The notes under the pieces: model-generated
The model's database searches: none
Seen by the model: only the letters and a program-made list of their open reading frames with translations
Told to the model about the DNA's origin: nothing
Part shown: one piece after another, positions 40,547-54,107 of the stretch
Numbering within the stretch: position 1 is the stretch's first letter
Layout: every line of letters starts with the position of its first letter
Translations under genes and position numbers: made by a program
NCBI RefSeq assembly: GCF_964355755.1
Contig: NC_092672.1
Coordinates: 124,001-188,000, forward strand
Reading direction: 5' to 3'
DNA: 64,000 bases
Source of the DNA: Antedon mediterranea
Lineage: Eukaryota; Animalia; Echinodermata

Positions 40547-40655
40547 TTTTTATGCGAACTCATAACAAGTCACTATCGTCCATGCAATCAACACAAGTAA
40601 CACATCGTATAGTGCGCATGCGTTTCTAATCGCGTGTATCCTTGCATTTGATTGG
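40547..40655 (-). promoter_or_regulatory. Probable promoter of the pedal peptide gene
   Basis: TATA-like CATAAAAA (40554-40547) about 100 nt upstream of the ATG, NRF1/P3A2-like TGCGCATGCG (40613-40622), CCAAT (40655-40651). Confidence 0.5.
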
Positions 40656-43600
40656 CGAGATGTCGAAGAACGTTTTAAAAGAAGGTTTTTAATTACACGT
40701 TACTGGAAATAACTATCGATTATTTAAGTCCGTGTTTCGTGGGCATTAAGCTGTCGAACGATCCAATATCTCCATTCAGGTAGCAGTCACCAACGCATTT
40801 ACTAGCAACGAAAAAGTTGGAATTATTTTATCACATAAACAAAGCAATTAGACACTAAGAAGGTGTGTTACTTTTTATATCGACTCAAACTAATATAATA
40901 AAATATAGTAATGTTTATAATACCTAAAATACCAGTGCAACAATTATACAATTTTGACAAATATTTGTGTTCTTCTTCTATTTATGCATAATTTGGATTT
41001 ATTTAAATTTATCGTGAGCTATAATTTACCTTCAATTATTTGAAATTAATACCCACGTATTTCAACTTCTGATATAAAGTATCGGATAATGTTTTACAAA
41101 ACCACAATATTTTAATTGATTCTTCAAACTTTAGAAATACAATTATTGTCTTACATGAGTACATTTGTAATGTCTAATAGGAAACTGTGAATGTTGCAGT
41201 ATATTTTAAAAATGTCCTTGAATTAAAAGTTTTTTTTCAGATGCTGTACTTGTAGTTATTAAAAATTAAATAAATGCTTCTAAACTACGACTTCGTAAAT
41301 AAGATATTAGAACACAAGTTAATTAGATAGGTCAGAGTACACAAATGGCAGAATTATTTATTCAATAATGGGGATGCATTATTATTCCAATAAGTAAATT
41401 ATTGAGCAAAATTAGATTAATTCTTAAAGTATACCAATTAGCGCATACGCATGGTGGCATCTCTCTGTCAAAATGTTTATTATCATTGTCAATTTATCAG
41501 GTAATAACTTTATTTATTATATATTTCGTCATTATAAAGCTTTAATTATCTTTCGTGTTGCCGATTTATTATTACAGTGTCAAGTTTCCATTATCATCTG
41601 CATTACAAACCAAAAATAATTCAACAAAATGACAATCTAACTTTAGAGTAGAAGACCAATGGGAAGTGGTGTCGAGGATTGGTCTATAGGTGGATACTTG
41701 CACTGATAACGACATTGATTATTACACATTAAACAAATTATTTATCGATATCTTACTAATACAGCCCTTTTATTTTGAATTATACATGTAAACTAATTCT
41801 TAAAAAGTAGTTAAATCATTTGACTGCTTTTTAGTAAAACACTCTACATCTTAAATAAAAGCATTATAACGTTATTACATTATATTTTTTTTAGTATTTT
41901 CCAACGTATTAGTTCAATAATACGTTTACTATACTTTGAGAAGAATTTAAGATTACTACAAGGCCAAGATAGGTGAACAAACAGATCTTAATATAATAAT
42001 ATTATTGTTCAATTAATGAGGCTTTTATGGGGTTTTGAGAAAACAATAGGGAAAATATTGGATTTAAATCTACATTGTTTGGCTACAGCCATATTGTGAT
42101 AATAGTTGGCTCCAAACATTAATGGATATATTTTACTTAATCTTGCATTAAAACGGATTAGATTTAAATTCTTCATAAATTCAATCAAGTTCAGAGATTG
42201 TCGAACAGTAGTTTATTCATCAGCTATGTACCTGTGATTGAGAAATAAGCGTATTGCTCGTCTTGTCGCGAACCTTTCGGTTCTTATTAGGAGCAAAATG
42301 TATGAGATATATAACTTATAAGATACAATATAATTATTATTTCCTGAAATCCACATAAAAATCAAAGTATATATTTAAATAAGTGGGATTGAAATATGTT
42401 ATATCTGTTAACTAACCTGTCTACAAAATAACTGATACAATTTTCAAAAACCATGAATATATTTACGTATAAAATACTTTTATAAATCATGAATATCTAC
42501 TTTTAGTCTCATAGATACCATTATAATTTATTCTTGGCAGTTTGTGTCCTCAAATGATTTCATATTCAGACATATTCATATAGAAATGTTATTCCCATGT
42601 TTGTGACTTAGTATGCACTTAGTCATTTTGCGCTTGTGGTTTATTATGAAAGAAAACTGATCAATAATCATGGCAAGTAATGTCATCAATTGTTCTTTAC
42701 TGTAATTTTCAAAACGCATAAATTTCATTATAATTAAGACGTTAAAGGAAAATTAATTCCTCGTTACTACACATATGTAGTTTGAACGAACGATATGATA
42801 TCTAATAATGTGTCAATATGTACATTGCACCAATAGTTTCGTTGTCAGCTCTGTTGATATTTAATAACTTTCACGATAGCAAATAATGCTAGTATTTGAG
42901 TACTAACTTGCTGTCAGTGACCGGTTAGCTTAACATTTTAATAAGTTTGTATAACGTAGGAATGTTGTGTTTACAGCTTCTGTGACGCGACGATGACGTA
43001 GCTAGGAGATGTGTTCCTAAAGATAATTTATAATTGATTTTGAACCTATGTTATATTATGATATTCTTTTATAAAAGGTAGGCGTACTAATATAAATGAT
43101 CATCGCAAAAGAAGGAATGGCTTACATTGTAATCAGGGAAGAGTAAAATTATATTACAGAGTGTAATTTCAATCTTCCCTGAGTGTGAAAAAGAGAAATG
43201 ACATAATATTTGGTCCCAGGTAACAGCAAAATAAAAATCGATTTTCTTATTATCTCTTTTTTTCTCAGTTATTTTTCTACATTCGTTCAAAAACAGTAGC
43301 TACTTTCGCTTAATATCTCATTACCACTCTATCATGCAATAAAATATTGAAACTCAAAGATAAGTTCGGATTCAAAATTAGACAAGGTTCGGAAGAATGA
43401 TACAAAAAAAAAATATGAAAGTGTTACGTAGCATAGACATCAGATAGCTAATATCAGTTGTTGGACGGATTATAATGTTATATAATCTAATATCCATGTA
43501 CAATATCGAGTATTAATCGGTGTTTTGTGTTTAAATATCAGTTATCGACGAGGTGGCTACAAACATATATTTTAATGTCAAGAAAGAGGTATACTAAGAT

Positions 43601-46600
43601 AAGGTTGAAAAGTAAGCTTTATATTCGATATGACATTCGTGATATGTCCAGTATAACCTAGAGATCCGAGATTACTGATTTTTTGTAGTCAAAATTGTGA
43701 TTGTTTTCTGTAAAATCTATTCATGGTGTGTTATAATTGTATGTCTAATGATCATTCAAATCATCTCAAACGACTATCTTCATATTAAGCGATTTGTGCC
43801 CGAATATTCACTCATTGTGTCATAATTACCAGTTTGTTTAATAGCAAGCGCGGCATCGTCCATTCATGTCTCATTAATGATATTGTCAATGTCAAATCTT
43901 TTTACTGGTCTCAAAATTTCCTATTTCAAAAACGAATTAATTTAGAATAATTAATATTCTTCCCTGAAATAATATGATCAAATATGCCGAACAACTACAG
44001 GTACAGATATTCATTATAATTGTTCTCTATTGAACCTAATTACTGAATACTATAATAAGACACGTTTGTGTGTATAATAGTCAATTTCTATTAAAGCTTA
44101 AAGATTTCGAGTCTAACCAAAATAGACAGTGTTATCATAGACCTATAATTTATAGGTCTATTTATAGTTTTAATTTTTATTCATTTAATTCAAGGTATAC
44201 ACGTCACAGCAAACTTAATATTTTTCAATAATTGTTGATTAAGATTAAAGAGATACACATAAATCATCACTTTTCGATCAATGTGCTACCACAGATGTCT
44301 TTTACAAATAGTGGACAGCACGCGCATGCTTTTGGGTTGACCCATAATAGATTGGAGAATTGGCAGAAAGATAAAGTGGATGACTTTTCTATTACCCATA
44401 GGCTGACTCCTAGTAATTTCCCGATGCACACTGGGAATGGCTTGATGCACAAATCTTCTAAATTGTTAAAAACAAAACAACAAAAACGTCTATAACCGCA
44501 GACATACAAGATTGGTAATTTGACGATAAATAATGAGTTTAATATTGGATTAAGCTATCATAACCTATGTCATTTTTATTACACTGTTTGTCGTTTATTA
44601 TTCACTAATTTCAATTTAAATCTCCAGTTTGATCGACATTTTCTGCATCGTTAGTATCATTACCCTATTAATAATTCATTTTAACATTTTCTCATCATAA
44701 ACATTGCTATGTTGGCAAAAGATGCAAGTAGGTCTACAGTTGTAAACATTCAGTGCTTAGCAATCGGTACAATGGCAAGTGACAACATAGTATAAACAAA
44801 TGTAATGTATTTACATCGAAACAAATAAATACCATACTTAGCGTAATTATGAGGTTTCACTGATTAAAAGTAAACAAACCAAATACAACTTTATTACAAA
44901 TTTGAAAAAAAAACAAGCATCTGATGATTTATGTTTTATATTGTAGTGCATTCCATATTTTGAATAGATCGAATAGACCTTCCGTAATATAATTTATTTA
45001 AAATACTTTCATACACGTATATTCGACAGTGATATACTGAAATACATGTGAATATATTGACGACTCTATCATACCTAGTTTTTCAGTTCATAACTAATCC
45101 AGTTGGCAATACGTATCAATAACTTATGTCAACATGGCGCATATGATCACTACGCCCACTTCTAATGACAGGTCGTGGTTCATATTGCGACAGAATCGCG
45201 CAAATTGCTCAGTAAATTGACTTGTTCACAGGTGGTTACCCAATCAATATTCGCATTGAATACGTACATAGAGAAATGATGCGAGGTGATAGATCTAGCG
45301 GGGATCGACGCTTGCAATACCGCTATCAAATTGCATCTTAGGCTATTGAGTGGCAAGATAATCGCTTACGATTTCCTTCTCATATCTTTTGAGTTAACGT
45401 CCTGTAAGCATAGTTGATCGATAGACATTTTGATGAGCACAACATATTACATACTATAATTGACATTAAGATTCAACCAGAAGCATTTACGAAATCTAGC
45501 TAGATAACCACTGACAATTATTTTGTGACACATGTCTAAAACTAGTTCGCTATTAAAAAAAACATAGACCAAGTTTATTGATACAACCAAATCATTTGAA
45601 ATAAAAAATTTTATATTTTAACATTGTCTTTATTATTTATTTCATTTATCATCAGTGATAATGGGAATAGACATGATCCGCGTACACAATCTACATCCTT
45701 AATCATCAGGATATCGACGCGCATGTCATTAGCTCTCCGCGGGACTGAAAGAAATCATACATCAGATTTTGGATGTCAAATCTCAGTAAGGTTGGTTGCC
45801 AAATTTAATAACTATACAACCTTCACTGTCTTCGTTATAATTCAGTATTATCGATTTCAATTTAAAAGTAATACTAATTCTTCAATACGATATATGCGTA
45901 CCCATTTCAGGGTAAACATGGGAAAGCGTTTCTCTGCATGTAGGTAATGAAACAACTGATCATCTTGACAAGAGATAATTGATAAAACCGCAAGGTGGTA
46001 TCGCCACTTAGCTCAAGTTTTGTAAACAGTATAGATGAGTGAGCCATGACACATTTGAACTTGCTGCAAGAACAACGCACCATAATAATGATGTTGATTG
46101 TGCTTTTAATATATTGTATTTTTATATATTCTGCATAATACATTATTTACATATTATATGTTAGCTGTTTTCCCTCAACTCGTGGAAGAACAAGTGTTTT
46201 ATCTTGTATGCTGTACTTTTTCATGAATAAATAAAGCTAATACGATATTGAATGTAAATGATTCAGTAAAATAATAATAGTAACAATAACTATAAGTATA
46301 CTGTATAACATTTAGTTAACTTAACTTGTACAAGATCTTTTTACTTAAACAATTCAATAATGATAATGACATTTGTGATGACGTAAAACCTAACTCTTCA
46401 CTAAAAAGTTAGGAACACATTAATATAATATTTTACTCAGTACCGTAGTTATTCTTAACAGAATTGTTTTATCATTTTATATTTTGTATTGTTTTAAACT
46501 GACTTTATTGTTTTCTTCGTCTTCTCTCTTCGTTTCACTGCTTTCTTTTGTGACGTATAGTTGCAAACTCTTTCATTACTTCTCGGTTTATTGACGATGC

Positions 46601-47690
46601 CGGTCACTTTTATTACAAACATGCATTTGTATTGGACTTTTGTGATTGTACATTTATGTGGAGAAGAACTCATTAATGTAATATTTACATTTCCGGTGAA
46701 TTGAAAATTCCGTTAATTTAAAATAAGTTTAATTTCATTTTTATCTACATCAACATCATCAAGGTTTTTTGTCATACTTTAGATGTGTGCAACTACCAGT
46801 TAATATCCTCCAGTCTAATAATAACAACGAATTAGTGTCATCAGTCACAATCTAAACAATACGGTTTCATTCCATCTCTTGTAAATTAAATTGATGTTTA
46901 TACTAGGTTTAAGATTGAAAGCCAAGCTGAACCAGATGCGATATTCTACTATTCAGTTAATTTCAGTCTAACACTTTCTCGTTTTTATAGTTTGGCTTAC
47001 GAGCGATTTTCTTACAACAACAGTAGTATAAGTTAATAGCCACCCGAAAGTATTTTAATTACGACGACTACTGCGTTAACTTTCCACAACGATAGAATCA
47101 AAGTAGCAGTAGACAGCAATGTTACTCTGCTACATTAACACAATTGGATAATGTTCATGGGTACTTACATTTAACGTGATTCTCAAAATACATTTACAAA
47201 AAGAGATTGGTAGTAATTAAACAAAGACATTATGTTTTAATAAAAAAAGACTTCCCACGCCTGCGATAACGCGAGACAACAATTTTGCAAGATATCTGAA
47301 TGCCAATCTTGTTTGTTTCATAGTGATTGGTAAAATGATAATTTAAATAATGGTTCGGTAACTGACTGTAGTAAGGATATATAGAAGAAATCAAGGCAAT
47401 CTTTATGATAAAATTGTAATGTTAAAATACTTATTCCTCGAACATTTATTATATTATATGACTGAATTCATCAAGTTAGATCAGTTCAAAGACGAACTGA
47501 AGCTTCTAGATATTATTAGCATTTAATAATAGTGTTTTATTGACAATATTATATTATTTTTTTGTTGAAAAAATGTTGGTTTACTATGTTTATGAAATTA
47601 TCTATAAATTAAAAGGAAGTTCGATATTTGAAATATAGCACCTTAAGATATTGTGTTCTATAGACATATACTGTATGGAAAAGAAAACAG

Positions 47691-47911
47691 AAGGAATTCT
47701 TGAACAAGTTGAAGCCATGGAAGATCAGTGAAATTCCTGACATAAGAGGAATTCTTGAACAAGTTGAAGCCATGGAAGATCAGTGAAATTCCTGACATAA
47801 GAGGAATTCTTGAACAAGTTGAAGCCATGGAAGATCAGTGAAATTCCTGACATAAGAGGAATTCTTGAACAAGTTGAAGCCATGGAAGATCAGTGAAATT
47901 CCTGACATAAG
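47691..47911. repeat. Tandem repeat, 55-bp unit x4
   Basis: Unit GAGGAATTCTTGAACAAGTTGAAGCCATGGAAGATCAGTGAAATTCCTGACATAA. Confidence 0.92.
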
Positions 47912-48152
47912 AATCGACTAAGTTGTGCAATAAATGGAGATTACGCAACAAGTGGACATTGTGAATATACGTTTAAATGACACATGAGATGGGTATATGA
48001 AACTGAGAATGGACTTATTACCAAAATACATTAGTGAGAATATGTGTATCTATAACTATCTCTTTATTCTTTTCGTAAAAATTGTAAAAAATATCTTATT
48101 TCTTTATACTAATTTTAATATTATTATGATTGTAGTACACTGAAAGTATCTA

Positions 48153-49024
48153 TTTTTAGTCGCGTGGAAGCGACTCTATAGTTCACTATGTCGGTCGGTT
48201 GGTCGGTCTGTCTGTCTGTCTGTCGGTCGGTCTGTCTGTCGGTCTCTGTCTGTCTGTCGGTCTGTCGGTCCAGTATCACTATGCGTTTTATCGCTTTCTG
48301 ACCTTATCTTGATATCAGTTTAATCTAGCTAGGTCAATTTTTCACAGTATATTCCTTATGGCCAGGAATCAATGTGGTTATGTTTTCACGGTGCGCAATA
48401 AAAAATTACGCGGTCTACGCACGATTTAACGAAATCACGTTTGTAATCATATCTTCACAACCATGAATCACAATTAAATAAAATTTGGTACTCATAAATT
48501 TCAGGGCATAAATCATCATATGGCAATACAATTACGTGCGTAGCGCATGTAACGCATGCGTACGCGCGCTTAAAATTTTCAAAACTTATTTTCGATGAAA
48601 TAAGAGTACGTTTCAGGCAATTTTAAGCGTTTACAAAATTGCTATGAGTGCGCATATTTTTGCGCGCGCACTGCGCGTTAAATGTTATTGCGCACTCTTT
48701 TTGCCAGATTTCTGTTTTCTTGACTTACTTTTCAACTCGAAATTACGTTATACGAGCACGTCAAAAGTGACAGGCTACGCACGTGTAAATTAAAAAAATA
48801 TAAATGTTTTTAAACATTTCAACATTTTTAAACATGTTCAGTAATTTCGGTCAGTATAGTTCACTATGTCGGTCGGTCGGTCTGTCTGTCTGTCTGTCGG
48901 TCTGTCTGTCGGTCTGTCGGTCTGTCTGTCGGTCTGTCTGTCGGTCTGTCGGTCTGTCGGTATGTCTGTCGGTCCGGTATCACTATGCATTGTAGCACGC
49001 GACCTAATGGCTGTTGGCCTTGTT
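48153..49024 (+). mobile_element. HINE/DINE-1-like non-autonomous Helentron
   Basis: 5' TTTTTAGTCGCGTG...GCGACT, (GTCG/GTCT)n microsatellites, subterminal inverted CACGCGAC and a short 3' hairpin GGCTGTTGGCC followed by TTGTT. Confidence 0.78.
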
Positions 49025-49084
49025 ATTTCATCGTTTTTGTTTTTATTTATTATTTTATGTAGTAAGTTGTATTAGTTTAAATGT

Positions 49085-49252
49085 ATGTGTATTGTTTCTG
49101 GGGTCTTTCTCGAGACAAGAAACTTGATTTCTTCTAGAGAAGACCCCAAATGATGGCTTATTACTAATGTTTTCATTTATGTACACATCTATATATTATA
49201 CTGTATAATGCCATTGTTGAACAAATAAATGTTTTTTGAATTTGAATTTGAA
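49085..49252 (+). mobile_element. Probable 3' end of a CR1-group LINE/SINE
   Basis: Stem-loop GGGGTCTT...AAGACCCC, AATAAA and a (TTTGAA)n tail. Confidence 0.45.
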
Positions 49253-50003
49253 TCTTGCGAACAAGTTAATATATTTATCGGCCTTAGTATGGTAGTTTAT
49301 GTACTAAAGTGTGTATCTATAACTATCTTGCGAACAAGTTAATATATTTATCGGCCTTAGTACGGTAGTTTATGTACTAAAGTGTGTATCTATAACTATC
49401 TTGCGAACAAGTTAATATAATTATCGGCCTTAGTATGGTAGTTTATGTACTAAAGTGTGTATAACTATCTTGCGAACAAGTTAATATATTTATCGGCCTT
49501 AGTATGGTAGTTTATGTACTAAAGTGTGTATCTAGAACTATCTTGCGAACAAGTTAATATATTTATCGGCCTTAGTACGGTAGTTTATGTACTAAAGTGT
49601 GTATCTATAACTATCTTGCGAACAAGTTAATATAATTATCGGCCTTAGTATGGTAGTTTATGTACTAAAGTGTGTATAACTATCTTGCGAACAAGTTAAT
49701 ATATTTATCGGCCTTAGTATGGTAGTTTATGTACTAAAGTGTGTATCTAGAACTATCTTGCGAACAAGTTAATATATTTATCGGCCTTAGTACGGTAGTT
49801 TATGTACTAAAGTGTGTATCTATAACTGTCTTGCGAACAAGTTAATATAACTATCGGCCTTAGTATGGTATTTTATGTACTAAAGTGTGTATAACTATCT
49901 TGCGAACAAGTTAATATAATTATCGGCCTTAGTATGGTAGTTTATGTACTAAAGTGTGTATCTATAACTATCTTGCGAACAAGTTAATATATTTATCGAC
50001 CTA
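49253..50003. repeat. Minisatellite, ~69-73-bp unit x10
   Basis: Unit ATCTTGCGAACAAGTTAATATATTTATCGGCCTTAGTAYGGTAGTTTATGTACTAAAGTGTGTA(TCTA)TAACT. Confidence 0.93.
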
Positions 50004-53000
50004 AAGTGCGTATTGATCTAATTAAGTTTTGAATTATACATGTTACCTTCCATTATTATTTTTCTTTATCCAACACATTTCTCTATTAGTTCTCACAATG
50101 TAATAAACCACAGTTAAAATTAGGGTTTTTTTTGTACATTTCTAAGATTTTGTCTAAACAATATCTGTCAAAAGTTCACAAGAAGTACATGCGCTGTTAG
50201 TAATAAATTGAAATTAGACTGACTATCTGATGTTCTATTTTAGTAGGGATATAAGTAAGAAACTACTTTTCTCGACGTGTTATTGATATATTTACGAGAA
50301 TGACACTTGTTTTCACGTCTTTATAATTAACTGTTGAGTCAGTTGCTTAAGCCAATCACTCAATTTCATCTATCATTTTATCAGATCGGGTTGCAAGAGC
50401 GTATCCTATAGAAGCGATCATTTTTTGGATGTCTATCTATACCTCCCGAATAGATACACTAACTTAGTACAACACTACAATTTTTCGTCTCATTTTGTTG
50501 TAAAATGATAAGATAAGATAATTTTGTTTGATCACAGAACAAGTGGAAATAATGGTGATTGTCTCATACATTTTATTACAATTTGTAGTCACATTTTTTA
50601 AATCCCCCTCTCTCCCAGTATCTCTTCTGTGGTAAAACATCAGGAGACAATTATATACGAATTCAAATTATCTTTTATTAATCCTTTCGGAAATTCATTG
50701 CTCGTTTTACAAATACATAAAAATAGTAACAATACAAAAGGTAACAGATTACAAAACAGGAAAAAAACGTCATTAAACATGAGTAAACATTAACTAACCT
50801 TTTGCAAATCATCAGTTTAAAATGTTTATTAAAAAGTTGAATGACTTGTGGAAGGAAGGTTGGTGAGAGTGTTAAGTAGTAAATAATCACATTTCTGGTT
50901 TAATTAATCGTAGATGTAAAAATTAACAATTGTTTAAAATGAATAAGACTGTAGAACATTTAGCTATATGTAAATGTACCACTTCTTCTTACATTATAGT
51001 GTTTTATTGTTGTTTCTACATAAATATTTAAGATTTAAATCCTGAATACACAAGTTTCTTTGAGAGGTGTTATTATTCCTAATATATTAGTTAATCTTTA
51101 ATGTGAAAATGTATTAAAAGTACCTTGATCAAATTTACGAGCAAGGTCTAACGTACTTAGTATTAAATGAAAATGCGATTTCTTATCCATAAACTAATGC
51201 GCATGCGCAGTTATTATAAACTCTGCCGCGTGCCTCAGGAACGAACTAATAGGAGGAGCTTTCGTACGGAAAATAATTTAGCGGAACCGATATGTAAATA
51301 CATGCAGGACGTACAGACAAAAACATTCGGATAAAGTTGGGTTTCATCTGCTATAAACACCCACACTATATCATTATAAATATTTTTATTAAAAAATAAT
51401 ACATCAGCGAGATAGATAACAAACCATGATTGTATTAGACTGTTATGCTCCATGCTGTAATTAAATCACAGAAATTGTAAGAGTTAGTGAATTTGTTAAG
51501 CACTTAAAGAAACCTATTGAAATTAGTTCAGCTTTGCTAAAGCATACACAAATCACTTGTGAAACTTATCAACGCCGAAAATTACAAACGAGTTACAAGT
51601 GATAAATTATTCAAGAATTCATTTTGTTCTGTCCAGACGTCATTATTGTGGATACTTACGTTTATATCCCGGATACGGAACGCACAACATCCTCGTGTAA
51701 ACTTAAATTAATTTAATTCCTTAGCTAAGATGTTTGATTGTCGTTTGTGGCAAGAGATATTTTTATACTATTGACTGTTTCCCATAAATGTGATAACGAA
51801 GTAATCGTCGACATCAATTACGTAATCCATTAATTTTTGGTGGGTGGGGGAAAACACGCACGTGATAATAAAAAGAACTTTAAACACTGTCCCAGTTAGT
51901 TATCTGGCCTACTGTCTGCAAACGCTTTGACCCACTATTTACCCAACTAGGGCATTTTTAATATAGAAAGTGTGTAACGATTCAAATAGAGATGTTCTTG
52001 ACCAAATCTGATTATCTTTTCAGCAGGCGATCAAGTGTATATAATAGATAACATACTACGAAATGAAATGCAGCTCTGAACCTCTCTCTGGAGAGTAATT
52101 CAGAATACATAAGATGAGTTGGAGATGAATGATTCACAAATGACATACTAATTGACTATCAGAAGCATTATACAACTAGCTTGTTTAAAGATAAAATAAA
52201 CATATTACGGATAATTACTGACTTGAATAAATGGTTGTTTTTCCATGTGTATCGGCCTAAATGAGGGTGATAAGGAATCGTGGCTATTAATGGCTGCTAG
52301 GGATTGAAATTCACTGATAGTTGCATTAGCTTTATCAATCTGCAGTAATAAAAATTGTCTGGAAAGCTACCATTCTCGAGAAGAATTCTTCGATAGATAT
52401 CATTAACAGCGCTTTTGAAATGTGGATTTCGGCACTGCTAATAAAATGCAGCGTAATAATAATATGCTTAGCACCGGTGGAACCAGATGGCTTAACAATA
52501 AGAATTATTATAAATTATCTGCTATGCAAAACTACTTTACACTTCTTATCGTATTTGCTGAAATAAGGGATTAGGTTTGTTGGTGAATATTTGTTTAGAG
52601 ATCCGACAATGTTTAGAGTACATTTACGTATGTTATATTCATTACTATTCCCCATTTGCGAGCATACACACATTTATTATCCTTATCATTTTCAAACAAA
52701 AAATTTTCCGGGTTTTTTTTTTTTTATTTCTCATCTGAACACACTATCATTGTAGGACCACCCATGACATTTCATTCCTGTAATTACGTAGAACAGCCCC
52801 GGTTGTTATGCGGACAAAGCAGCACCAAATGCCACATAAGTCTAAACCTCACTTTTGACGGTCTGTTCACCACGATGTAACACTGCTTCATAGCCGTGTC
52901 CTATTTAAACATTCAAATGTAAGAGGTGAGCGTGCCCGCGTTCATAATGAACTGTCTTGAAAAGTAATATCCAGTAATGTAATATACCCGCATAAAAGAA

Positions 53001-54107
53001 ATTAACGTCAAAGTTTTGTGAAATGAGCAAGGAATTAAGCAGGTAATTAGTCAAAATAAAGCCTCAAAAGCAGAGGGACGGCACGGAAACCTATTAGCTA
53101 TATTTCCTTTAAATTGTACAACAATAGAGATGTAGATTAAGTTAGAAGTTTCCATCGAGTTCACCGGTGATACGCGCTCCAACCAGTCGCTGATTCTTTC
53201 TTTAAAAGCACGTCTTGTTTTGTAAATCTCATCATTTTGTTTCCGTATTATTTAGATGACGTAAATTAAGGCCCAACGTTACAACACTAATTTTTTTGCA
53301 TTTTTTTAAAAATGGGATTATTGGTATAGATATCTGAATAACAATTTCATGACATATTTTGAAAGCGTATGAGGGGATAGTACCTCTATGCTCAGCAGCC
53401 ACACAGGGGAATGTGACAATGTATTATACATAATGGTTATCGTAGCATCGGAGTAATAAAGTCACCAGTTGTTTGGGTTTTAGATATCAACTACAGTAGG
53501 CCTAGGATAAGATCCTAAAGAATATTTAAATTTAACTAATTAAACTAGTAAAAGAAGAAAGACTAAAAGTGGGGGTTGTCCTCATCCACCCGAATTCACT
53601 GAATTGGATTTAAAAAGTTAGATTGGCTATGAACTCCAGAGGGCGTAAATATAGCAATCAATTTGGCAGCATGGCGCTAGCTTAGCTTTTGCTAGGCTCT
53701 TTGCATATAATGTTAGAAATCGACTAAAATATAGCCTAGGTAGGCCTACCCTCTATACAATATAATGCATTACAAACATAATGTGTATTTAACAAAAGTA
53801 CTGCTACGGTTAAGTTAAGGCCTAGGCTCCTAGGCATACTAGCTAGGTAGGCTGAGTATTAGATAGGGTAAAGCATTCTGAATGGCCTCGTATTTACTTA
53901 TAGATGACTGGTGTAGGCTAGTAAGAGAAAGAGGTGTGTACTAAAATATGGCGCGCAAAAGTCGTATTAAATGTGTAAAGCAGGTTACGTTTAAATTTCG
54001 GTAAAATTTGAACAAAAAAATAAATATTGAATCAAATGTCAATGTAATGTATCATCGAATTAACTAATTAATTTTTTTAATGATATCTCATAAAATTAGG
54101 TGTGAAA

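Noticed and set aside
44232-44509. Overlapping 87- and 80-aa ORFs on opposite strands
   Set aside because: No recognisable motif, splice context or signal peptide.
48804-49075. SVCL/SVGL repeat ORFs
   Set aside because: Translation of the GTCT/GTCG microsatellite within the HINE element.
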